Part shown: positions 8,406 to 16,740 of the stretch, piece by piece
How positions within the stretch are numbered: the first letter of the stretch is position 1
Layout: every line of letters starts with the position of its first letter
Source: an uncultured Ruminococcus sp.
GTDB lineage: Bacteria > Bacillota > Clostridia > Oscillospirales > CAG-272
Assembly: GCA_964596195.1 (NCBI GenBank)
Contig: CAZQTN010000002.1
Location: 2,468-46,882 of the forward strand
Reading direction: 5' to 3'
DNA length: 44,415 nucleotides
Position numbers and translations under genes: made by a program
Notes under the pieces: model-generated
The model's database searches: none
What the model was told of the DNA's origin: nothing
What the model saw: only the letters and a program-made list of their open reading frames with translations

Positions 8406-11400
8406 ATGAAGAAGGTCACCAAGCTTCTGATTCTGACATTGTCACTTGTAATGCTTTGCGGCGTTTTTGCCGTCACGGCGCTTGCTGAGAGCGTTACGGA
8501 CACCGACTCATCGTACGGCACGGCAACCGTTGCCGACGGAAACCTTTACGAGGTCGTGTACAACGGCTCCTCGACGTACTATGATTCAAGCACTACGCTT
8601 CAGGACGTTATTACCGCAGCGCCCTCGGGCTCTACCATTTATTTTCTCGGTGACGTGACCGAGGTTACCGACCGTTATGAAAATCCCAACAAGGCGGGAG
8701 AATATGTTGCCACTCCTGTAAGAGTAACCAAGCCACTTACTTTTGATCTGGGCGGGCACACACTTACCTTTGAACAGCGCGCAAAGAATTGCGGTATTTA
8801 TATAAGTACAACGGAGCTCGTCACCTTTAAAAACGGTAACGTTGCCACCGTGGCTCATTCCGATTATAACAGCAGTGGCAAAACGTTCGCATTTTCTAAC
8901 ATAAGCGCGAACGGAGCCAACGTTGCGTTCGAGGGGATAAATTCGTGCGTCAGCTCGCTCGTTTACTCATACAGCAGTAACTACACGATCACCGTAAAGG
9001 GCGGCGTCCATACCTTGAACAGCGCTCCAGCGGATATGAATACCCCCGGATTTATCTCAGGACAGCATAATATCAATGCGACCGTAATCGACGCCGTAAT
9101 ATACGCTAACGACAGAGCGATTTTGGGTGCGTCCTCTTATAAGGTGACGGGCACCACGTCTCGCATAACCACCTTCGATTTTGAAAACTGTAAAATAATT
9201 TCCAAGTCTGCCGAGACCAATATCATCGGCAACGCGAACATATATACCAACGTAAACTTTAATGGCTGCCACATATTGGGTAGTGTGACACCGTCGATCA
9301 ATGCGTCGGATGCCAATGTAGGAATAACGGTAGCTACCGCAAAGAATTTCGTGCTCGGCGAGAACACGTTTTTCTCATCCGGCTCCAATCTGTCCGCCAC
9401 TTCAACGGTTTCCGCAGGTATGGCTGTTCAGCCTACCGCCGAGCAAGCATTGGTTAACGGAGCGATGTATGAATTTGACCGCAAGGTAGATTTCATATAT
9501 GCTACCTGGTACGACGAGAATGGAGAGGTGCTCAAGCGCATAAAGATCGATTCCACCGTCACTACTCTTTCGGGACTTGCTCCCGATTACGCGGGAACAG
9601 GTGGCACCGCTAACGGATGGTACAGGATCGGCGGCTACGTCGCGAACGCTTGGACCGATACCGTCAACGGTAATAAAGCGGTGGACTTTTCCGCTATTGA
9701 CGTAGCCTCGATCACCGAGGGCATTTCGTTCTATCCTCTCGCTGACGAAAGCGAGATCAGCGCAGACCTCCGCGCCGCGATGTACAATCTCTCCACCGCG
9801 GGCGCAATCCAAAGCAACCTATACATTCCCGAAACCCCCGATAACGTTGAGATCCTCGGCGTTTACGCAGGAGAGAGGGAAGTGGCCGGCAAGCTCGTGC
9901 TTTACCACAATCACACGGATGACCCCGTGTATTACACGATGTACGTTATAGGCGAGGTTGGAGCAACTGAGTTTACCAAGAATACGGATGTTACCGTTAA
10001 GTACAGAGTAAACGGAAGCGTCGATCTTGAGCAGGTATACAGCCTGTCTCCCGAAAAGTATGCAAATGTCATTTATGACGATTCTCAGAAAAACGAGGGC
10101 AACTCATACGGCGAGGAGGCGTACAACGTAGTCGCAGACCTCGTAAGATACTCATATCTCCTTTCCGTTTACACGGGTGCTGAGGATGCCGACCTTACCG
10201 CTCTTTATAACAAAATGTATGCACTCTGCTCCGAGCTTCCCTCCGATAATGCTCTTGCAGGCTCTGTTACGAATGCCTTCACCCTCGCGGGCGCAGGCTC
10301 TATCGCATACGAGGCGTCAAGCTACGAGCCGAGATGGAGATTTACGCTTAACGAATCCGCACAGATCATAGACGCCAAGATCACCCTTGAGGGGTATAGC
10401 GTCGGCACTCTCGCCGATCGCACCAATTTCACCACTCATACCTACGGTATAGAGCAGATAACCAAGACTGCTGAGGGCTATATCACCGCCGCATATACCG
10501 AAAACATTCCGATTTATAATATCACACAGCCGTTCACCATTACCTTTACCAAGGCGGATGGCACCGAAATTTCAGGTACATACGATCTTAAATCGTACTA
10601 TACCGCCGTCAGCAAGGGCACCGCGGCAGCGGACTTCATCAAGTCGGTCGTCGCTCTTTCCGATTCCACAGTCGCATACAAGTTCCCTGAGGGCAGGGTT
10701 ACGGCAGATGACGTAGCCGACTTCTGGGAGTGCGATCACGCAGATGCAGTCAAGCAGGAAAACGTCGTATCTTACATCTACAACTTCCATCCTCGCTATT
10801 GCAGAAGGTGTGACTCCTGGCTCTTCTACTATGAGGACTACGGCGCTGTGGCAGACGGTGTGACTAACCGTACCCGTGCCACTCACGTCTCCGGCACGAA
10901 CGACTACGAGGCGATCTATTGGACTCATACGAACGCCAACGAGTGGAAGGCAAGGGACTATCTTTCGGGCGGTAAGCACGTTGCCGTCGTAGGCAACTCC
11001 GATCCTGCGAATGCCAAATATTACTACATCAGCCTTCCCGAGGGTCGCGGTATTTATACCGCTGATGCTAACCGCGACGGGATACCCGAGACTACATATA
11101 CCGGTCAGAACCTCGGTACTATCACCGTCGCTACCGACACCTCCTGGAACGGCGTTAATCTTATCATCGATGACGATGCGATCTGTAATGCTAGCGGATG
11201 CTCGTGTGTGAACGACGTCGGCGTTGCAAGAAAGCACGCTTATAACAGTCAGTCCATTTTCGCTATCGACGAGTACGGCTCGGAAAACTACACCGAGAGC
11301 CTGACGGGCAAGATCACCTCTCTTAGCGCAGGGGCTACCAACATCGGCTATGCTCCCGGCCGCAAGATGCTCGTTCAGCTTACCGACTCGAACAAAAAGA

Positions 11401-12716
11401 TCTATTTGCGCTACGGCTCTAATGCAAGCAACGGCGCATCCGTTACCGAGGTCATTCTCGTTGACGAGTTTGGAAACGTTGATCCCTCGACTCCCGTTCA
11501 GTGGGATTACGCCACGATAACCGGCGCTACGGCGTATGCGGTAGACGTCGATCCTATCAAGATCTCGGGTCTTGATGCGGCAGGTGCTATTAATGCAAGC
11601 TTTGAGAGCTACGTTAACAACTCCTTGAGCATCAGTATTCCGCATTACGTATCCTGCTCCAGAAATATTGCTATCAAGCGCTCTAATGCAACCGTTGAGG
11701 GTATCGAACGCTTCTTCACCGAGGAGGTAGCTAACTCCAACGTTACCAACAAGCGCTTTGCGTACACCTTTATCACCGTAAATCTGTGCTCGAATGCTAC
11801 CATAAAGGATATGCTCGTTATGAACCATAACAGCCAGTCCGGTGAATCTGGCGTCAGCCAGGGCTCGTACGAGTTCAGTGGCGGCAACGCAAACGCCGTA
11901 AGCTGGATCAACTGCGTAACGAAGAATATGTTCTCCAGCACTAAGGACGGATCTCTTGTTCAGGCTTATCCCGTTTACAGAGGTCTGTTCGGTACCAACC
12001 ATATCCGTAATATGTATCTCAAGGGCTGTTACCTTAACTCCTTTGATGCACACACAGGCGCGTACAACGTAACTATTGAGGACACCACCGTTGAGCATAT
12101 GAACTTTATCGGCGGCGGTGATATCATCATAAAGAACGTCGTAGTGTATACAGCGAGTCAGGGCATGGCATTCAATCTCCGTACCGACTACGGCTCGACC
12201 TGGAGAGGTGACGTATACGTAGACGGCCTTACCGTCAAGTACGCTCTCGCAAGCGGATACAAGCCCTCTAGGATCACCATCTTCAATGGATCTTACGCTA
12301 ATCAGTATTGGGGCTTTGATACCTACGCTCCGCAGAACGTAACGATCAACAATTTCCACATACAGTCGTATACTGCTACCGTTTCAAACGGTGTAAGAAC
12401 CGAGACCCTCGGAATCAAGGATAACTCGTATATGCCGGTATACTACTACTATGCTCTCAACAGCCTTAAGGATACCGACGTTCCCGACGAGAGTAAGGCC
12501 GGCATCCACGGACCTACCGATAAGGGCGATTCCAGCATTACCTACGATTACGGTACTAACAGACTCGTATGTACCCAGAAGATCACCATAACCAACAGCG
12601 TGGATATCACGATTCCCACCGGTAGCTTCTGGAAGGATATGACTGTGACCGTTGACGGTGTAGCCAAGAGGTGGGTTGGAACCGATGGCTCCGGCAACTG
12701 GGAAGACGAGGAATAA
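8406..12716 (+). CDS. Very large secreted right-handed beta-helix (pectate-lyase-fold) protein, function unknown
   Basis: Preferred start is the ATG at 8406 (GGAG 5 nt upstream). It gives MKKVTKLLILTLSLVMLCGVFAVTALA, a typical signal peptide; the track ORF starts at 8337. The sequence is Asn/Thr/Gly-rich and periodic. An internal DYGAVADGVTNRT...AIYW motif resembles the N-cap of pectate_lyase_3 / GH28 / GH55-type beta-helices. No LPXTG, SLH, dockerin or transmembrane anchor is visible at the C-terminus. Confidence 0.55.
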   Translation: MKKVTKLLILTLSLVMLCGVFAVTALAESVTDTDSSYGTATVADGNLYEVVYNGSSTYYDSSTTLQDVITAAPSGSTIYFLGDVTEVTDRYENPNKAGEYVATPVRVTKPLTFDLGGHTLTFEQRAKNCGIYISTTELVTFKNGNVATVAHSDYNSSGKTFAFSNISANGANVAFEGINSCVSSLVYSYSSNYTITVKGGVHTLNSAPADMNTPGFISGQHNINATVIDAVIYANDRAILGASSYKVTGTTSRITTFDFENCKIISKSAETNIIGNANIYTNVNFNGCHILGSVTPSINASDANVGITVATAKNFVLGENTFFSSGSNLSATSTVSAGMAVQPTAEQALVNGAMYEFDRKVDFIYATWYDENGEVLKRIKIDSTVTTLSGLAPDYAGTGGTANGWYRIGGYVANAWTDTVNGNKAVDFSAIDVASITEGISFYPLADESEISADLRAAMYNLSTAGAIQSNLYIPETPDNVEILGVYAGEREVAGKLVLYHNHTDDPVYYTMYVIGEVGATEFTKNTDVTVKYRVNGSVDLEQVYSLSPEKYANVIYDDSQKNEGNSYGEEAYNVVADLVRYSYLLSVYTGAEDADLTALYNKMYALCSELPSDNALAGSVTNAFTLAGAGSIAYEASSYEPRWRFTLNESAQIIDAKITLEGYSVGTLADRTNFTTHTYGIEQITKTAEGYITAAYTENIPIYNITQPFTITFTKADGTEISGTYDLKSYYTAVSKGTAAADFIKSVVALSDSTVAYKFPEGRVTADDVADFWECDHADAVKQENVVSYIYNFHPRYCRRCDSWLFYYEDYGAVADGVTNRTRATHVSGTNDYEAIYWTHTNANEWKARDYLSGGKHVAVVGNSDPANAKYYYISLPEGRGIYTADANRDGIPETTYTGQNLGTITVATDTSWNGVNLIIDDDAICNASGCSCVNDVGVARKHAYNSQSIFAIDEYGSENYTESLTGKITSLSAGATNIGYAPGRKMLVQLTDSNKKIYLRYGSNASNGASVTEVILVDEFGNVDPSTPVQWDYATITGATAYAVDVDPIKISGLDAAGAINASFESYVNNSLSISIPHYVSCSRNIAIKRSNATVEGIERFFTEEVANSNVTNKRFAYTFITVNLCSNATIKDMLVMNHNSQSGESGVSQGSYEFSGGNANAVSWINCVTKNMFSSTKDGSLVQAYPVYRGLFGTNHIRNMYLKGCYLNSFDAHTGAYNVTIEDTTVEHMNFIGGGDIIIKNVVVYTASQGMAFNLRTDYGSTWRGDVYVDGLTVKYALASGYKPSRITIFNGSYANQYWGFDTYAPQNVTINNFHIQSYTATVSNGVRTETLGIKDNSYMPVYYYYALNSLKDTDVPDESKAGIHGPTDKGDSSITYDYGTNRLVCTQKITITNSVDITIPTGSFWKDMTVTVDGVAKRWVGTDGSGNWEDEE

Positions 12717-12788
12717 AAAACATCAATAAAAAATGAGGAAAAACGTAGGTTTTCAACCTTGGCTTCCTCAAATTTGCACTTAATATTA

Positions 12789-12828
12789 GAGAGGTACTGT
12801 GTTTTTTCACAATACCTCTCGTTTTTTA
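12789..12828. terminator. Hairpin terminator between convergent genes
   Basis: GAGAGGTA (12789-12796) pairs with TACCTCTC (12813-12820), with inner TGTG/CACA pairs. TTTTTT at 12822-12827. Confidence 0.6.
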
Positions 12829-12859
12829 TTCGGTTATGTCTAGAGGCGACAGCCCCGTT

Positions 12860-14755
12860 TTATTCAGCGGCGAAGATGAACGGATAGGTCTGCTGCTCGC
12901 CGGATATGAAGTATACCTCTGCATCGGGGTGAGCCACGGTAAGGTAATTTTCGAGATTGGCGCGAGCCTCGTCGGTCGCGTCGGCACCGGAAAATACCGT
13001 GAGCATAAACTTGCCCTCGATCGAGAGCAGCTTATCTGCCAGGGCGTTCGTCGCGGTGGTGAAATCGGCGTCGGACACAACGATCTCCTTATCAATAATT
13101 CCGATCGTGTCGCCATTGGTGATATGAATGCCGTTCATATCGGCATCGCGGATAGCGGGTGAAACGTAGCCGGTCGTCACACGCTTCATAACCTCTTCAG
13201 CCTCCACGAGGATATCATTGGGCTCAAGGTTTTCAAAGTCGATGGCGGTGAGGGCAACGTAGCCCATACCGATGTTTTTGCTGGGAATGACGTATACCTT
13301 TGCGTCCTCGTACAGCTCACCTGCCTGTTGTGCGGCCATAAAGATGTTGCCGTTGTTCGGCAGGACGAAGATGTTTTCCGCATTTATCTGCTTGAACGCA
13401 TCGATAAAGTCGTTGGTCGAGGGGTTCTGGGTCTGTCCGCCCTGAACGGTGACGTCAACTCCAAACTCAGCAAAAAGCTGCTCAACGCCTGCACCGTTGC
13501 TTACGGATACGATGGCGTTTTTCTTTTTGGGAGCCGCAGCCGCTTCGACCGGCTGTTCATCGGGTACGGCAAATGCCGAGGTCGCGGAGGGGGCGATGGC
13601 ATCGCTCTTTTCCTCTTTGATGGTGTCGCTGTGCTGTACGGACATATTCTCTATCTTAATGGTGAGAAATTCTCCGTACTCGCGGCACTTTTCGAGCACC
13701 TTTTCGGGTGTAAAGGTGTGTACGTGGAGCTTGACGATGCTGCCTGTAATAAAGCATACGACGGAGTCGCCGACACCTGTGAGGAACTCCTTGAAGCCAT
13801 CTACGTCAAAGGTCTTGGGATCGCACTTTGACTTCTGGAGCTGGAGAAGACACTCGGTACAATATGCGTAGGTCATTACGCTGTCTTCATTAAAGGCAAA
13901 TTCGGTGGGGGGTGCCACCCGTGTAGCGTTATTCGCCTTTGCGGTATCGGGCAACTCGTCTCCGTTAAGCACGCGGTTAAAGCCGTCTATAATGTAGAAC
14001 AGACCTGCTCCGCCGCTGTCAACGACACCCGCATCCTTAAGGACGGGGAGTATCTCGGGCGTGCGCTCAACCGATGCGTGCATCTCGCGCGTCAGGTCGG
14101 CAAAGAGCGAACGAATGGTACTCTTTTCGTTAATGCGCGATACGGCGTATTCAACCGCCTCTCTCGCAACGGTCAGGATGGTGCCCTCGGTGGGGGTCAT
14201 AACGGACGAGTACGCCTGCTGTACACCCATCTCAAGTGCGTGGCCAAATGCTGCCGCGTCGGCCTTCTTTACGTTTTCAAGATCCTTTGCAATACCTGCA
14301 AAGAACTGAGATACTATAACTCCGGAGTTTCCTCTTGCGCCGAGGAGCATTCCGCGCGCGAGCGCCTTCATTGCCTCGGAGAGGTTGTCGGATTCAACGC
14401 CCTCAAGTGCGGCAATACCGCCCTCGATGGTCATACGCATATTATCGCCGGTATCACCGTCGGGAACGGGGAACACGTTGAGCTTGTTTACCTCGTCTGC
14501 ATTCTGGGTGAGCTCTTTGGCGCCGTTCTTCGCCATTTTCGAGAAAAGCAGACCGCCAAGATACTTGGTCGTTATGCGCTTTATGGGGTTAGGCTTATTT
14601 TTTTCGCTTGTCGCGGCCTTTTTCTTGGGCGCGGCCTTTTTTGGGGGCTCTGTCTTTTCTGCTTTGGGCTTTTTGCTGCCGAGGAATGACGGCTTCTTTG
14701 TCTTTTCGCCGGACTTGGTGCTATCCTTATCCTTGTCGGTTATCTTATCTGCCAT
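12860..14755 (-). CDS. fakA: DAK2-domain fatty acid kinase catalytic subunit (YloV/FakA-like) with a Lys/Pro-rich N-terminal extension
   Basis: 631-aa ORF. LNVFPVPDGDTGDNM and GARGNSGVI are Dak2 phosphatase-domain motifs. It lies 5 nt downstream of the degV stop. The first ~60 aa are KKPxxK-type low complexity. Confidence 0.7.
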   Translation of the reverse strand: MADKITDKDKDSTKSGEKTKKPSFLGSKKPKAEKTEPPKKAAPKKKAATSEKNKPNPIKRITTKYLGGLLFSKMAKNGAKELTQNADEVNKLNVFPVPDGDTGDNMRMTIEGGIAALEGVESDNLSEAMKALARGMLLGARGNSGVIVSQFFAGIAKDLENVKKADAAAFGHALEMGVQQAYSSVMTPTEGTILTVAREAVEYAVSRINEKSTIRSLFADLTREMHASVERTPEILPVLKDAGVVDSGGAGLFYIIDGFNRVLNGDELPDTAKANNATRVAPPTEFAFNEDSVMTYAYCTECLLQLQKSKCDPKTFDVDGFKEFLTGVGDSVVCFITGSIVKLHVHTFTPEKVLEKCREYGEFLTIKIENMSVQHSDTIKEEKSDAIAPSATSAFAVPDEQPVEAAAAPKKKNAIVSVSNGAGVEQLFAEFGVDVTVQGGQTQNPSTNDFIDAFKQINAENIFVLPNNGNIFMAAQQAGELYEDAKVYVIPSKNIGMGYVALTAIDFENLEPNDILVEAEEVMKRVTTGYVSPAIRDADMNGIHITNGDTIGIIDKEIVVSDADFTTATNALADKLLSIEGKFMLTVFSGADATDEARANLENYLTVAHPDAEVYFISGEQQTYPFIFAAE

Positions 14756-14760
14756 GTGGC

Positions 14761-15627
14761 TTATCTTTCCTTTCCAATAAAGAAAACTGCAAGTGTGCCG
14801 GGGCCTGAGTGTGCGCCGATAACCGGTCCGACGTCAGTCACAAGGTCAACTTCGTTGCCGAATTTTTCCTTGATCGCATCGGCGAATATCTTAACGTCGC
14901 GCTCGCAATCTGCGTGGCTGATAAAGAGGGTGGCACCCTCCTTGTCGTCAGCAAGCTCCTCATACTTCTTTACGATGGTGTCGATGGCCATTTTTCTGCC
15001 GCGTACCTTCTGCACGGAAACAAGGTGTCCCTCGTTGTCAACGTGGAGAACGGGCTTTATGCCGATAGCACTGCCGACAAAGTAGGACAGTGCGCTTATT
15101 CTGCCGCCGCGCTTGAGGTAGACGAGATCGTCGACCGTAAACCAATGGCAAAGCTTGGAGATCAGCGATTTTACGTACTCGGCGTTTTCCTCGAGTGAGG
15201 CGCCCTCGCCCTTCTTCTTTGCTGCGAGATAAACGAGCAGACCCTCTCCGGCAGATGCACAAAGGGTGTCTATGACGACGATTTTGCGCTCAGGGTACTT
15301 TTCCTTAAGGCCCTCTGCGGCGATGCGTGCAGAGTTATAGGTGGTGGAAAGACCGGACGAGAAGCCGAGGTAGAGCATATCCTTGCCTTCGCCGAGTATC
15401 CTCTCAAAGGATGCGGAGAACGTATCAGGGTTGATCGCGGCAGTTTTTGCGACTGCGCCGCCTTTCATTTTTTCGTAAAACTCACTTGTTGGCATCTCGA
15501 AGTTGAAATAGCTCTTGTCCTCGCCGTCAAAGCGGAAGGTGAGCTCCTCGTAGCCAACGCCCCACTCGGCAAGAGTTTCGGGCTTGATGTCACAGGCGGA
15601 GTCTGTGTAGATCACGTATTCATTCAT
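14761..15627 (-). CDS. fakB: DegV family fatty-acid-binding protein
   Basis: MNEYVIYTDSACDI start and 288-aa length are typical of DegV. It sits directly upstream of the DAK2 gene, the classic FakB-FakA pairing. Confidence 0.7.
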   Translation of the reverse strand: MNEYVIYTDSACDIKPETLAEWGVGYEELTFRFDGEDKSYFNFEMPTSEFYEKMKGGAVAKTAAINPDTFSASFERILGEGKDMLYLGFSSGLSTTYNSARIAAEGLKEKYPERKIVVIDTLCASAGEGLLVYLAAKKKGEGASLEENAEYVKSLISKLCHWFTVDDLVYLKRGGRISALSYFVGSAIGIKPVLHVDNEGHLVSVQKVRGRKMAIDTIVKKYEELADDKEGATLFISHADCERDVKIFADAIKEKFGNEVDLVTDVGPVIGAHSGPGTLAVFFIGKER

Positions 15628-15788
15628 AATTTTTCCTTTCCGCGTGCCAAAAGCAATATACCCAAATTACTTAATACTATTATATTGACTTGCGTATTAA
15701 AATAATTCGGTGTTTTCTATTTTGGTCGCGCATGGGGCGAGGCGTACAGACCTGTGGGAAAATACGCACACCAATCTTATTATAGCAC

Positions 15789-15817
15789 AGAAAAGTTGAT
15801 TTGTCAACAACTTACAT
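15789..15817 (-). promoter_or_regulatory. Canonical sigma-A promoter for degV-fakA
   Basis: On the minus strand: TTGACA (15817-15812), 17-nt spacer, TATAAT (15794-15789). Confidence 0.6.
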
Positions 15818-15938
15818 TTTGCTAAAACGATGGAAATGGCAAAAATGCGACACGGGGTAGCACTAAAAAATGCAAAACCCCGTGAAATTTTATAAAAATG
15901 TAAACTAAAATTGTCAAAAACACCGTAACAAACAGGCT

Positions 15939-16526
15939 TTATTGCTCCTCTTTCTCAATGGTGAATTCGGTAAAACGGCAATCTCCCTCGCACGCGGTAA
16001 AGCCGACGTGGAAGCGCTCGGGCAGATCGGGATTGTAGAGAACGAAGTTTTGGCCTGCGTACCACACCTCAACGGTCTTGCCGCTGATTTTTGCGGTCAT
16101 CTCGTGCTCGACACCCTCGCTCACAGAGAAACGGTTGCAAAGGAGCTTCGTTGCCTTAAAGGGGCGCTCCTTGTTTTCCCATACGGCGTCAAGGCGCCAG
16201 ATGTTACAGCCGTTGCACCACGCAACGACCTCGAAGAACTGCTCAAGCACGGGTATTTTGCCCTCTGCGTTGATCTCTTCGGAGATAACGAGCAGGGGGG
16301 CGGCCACGCCATAAAAGGTGAAGCGCGCGCTGAGTGTAACGCTGCCCGAATACTTGTCCTTTGAGATCATAGTGATGTAGTCGTATTCGCCGTTGTCGGG
16401 GTTAATGCCGCAGCCGACACCCGCCTCGTCCTCTGTCATAGGCACGTACGCCTTTGACTGTGGGCAGTGAACATGGAGCATATCCTCTTTCCACTCGCTT
16501 TTCTTGAGATCGTACATTTTTTTCAT
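15939..16526 (-). CDS. Hypothetical cytoplasmic protein, beta-rich (possibly ConA-like jelly roll)
   Basis: 195-aa ORF with RBS AAAGGAG and no signal peptide. The alternating beta-strand-like sequence ends in GFTACEGDCRFTEFTI. No family is confidently recognised. Confidence 0.35.
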   Translation of the reverse strand: MKKMYDLKKSEWKEDMLHVHCPQSKAYVPMTEDEAGVGCGINPDNGEYDYITMISKDKYSGSVTLSARFTFYGVAAPLLVISEEINAEGKIPVLEQFFEVVAWCNGCNIWRLDAVWENKERPFKATKLLCNRFSVSEGVEHEMTAKISGKTVEVWYAGQNFVLYNPDLPERFHVGFTACEGDCRFTEFTIEKEEQ

Positions 16527-16648
16527 TCGGTTGACTCCTTTGTTTTTGTTTCGGGTTTATTCTAGCATAATCCGTGGGCGATGTCAACTTGCCTTGGATA
16601 ATTTACACGAAAAAATCCGTCATTATCCTCAAAAAGCCTCCGAAGCGG

Positions 16649-16677
16649 TTGACTTTCCAAATCCACGCGGTTAAAAT
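16649..16677 (+). promoter_or_regulatory. Sigma-A type promoter for the lyase array
   Basis: TTGACT (16649-16654), 17-nt spacer, TAAAAT (16672-16677), 63 nt upstream of the ATG at 16741. Confidence 0.5.
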
Positions 16678-16740
16678 GAAGTTGTTTTACATCGCGCGGA
16701 CACGCAGTATGCGTGCGCGCTCACAAGGAGGATATCTTAT

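Noticed and set aside
10572-12359. A 595-aa ORF on the minus strand inside the 1437-aa surface protein gene. Similar long antisense ORFs occur at 16747-17937, 19681-20634, 23973-24926, 42781-44364, 33257-34288, 3660-4406, 5385-6152 and 28434-29390.
   Set aside because: Each lies fully antisense to a gene with clear family motifs. They lack RBSs and have low-complexity, Arg/Val/Gly/Ala-rich translations typical of shadow ORFs opposite GC3-biased genes. Such ORFs are expected by chance when the sense strand avoids codons whose complements are stops.
15628-15938. The 311-nt intergenic region upstream of degV as a possible structured ncRNA.
   Set aside because: It is explained adequately by a canonical promoter (15789-15817) and a loose hairpin (CACGGGG...CCCCGTG, about 15851-15887) downstream of the preceding gene. 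I see no extended conserved-looking structure.
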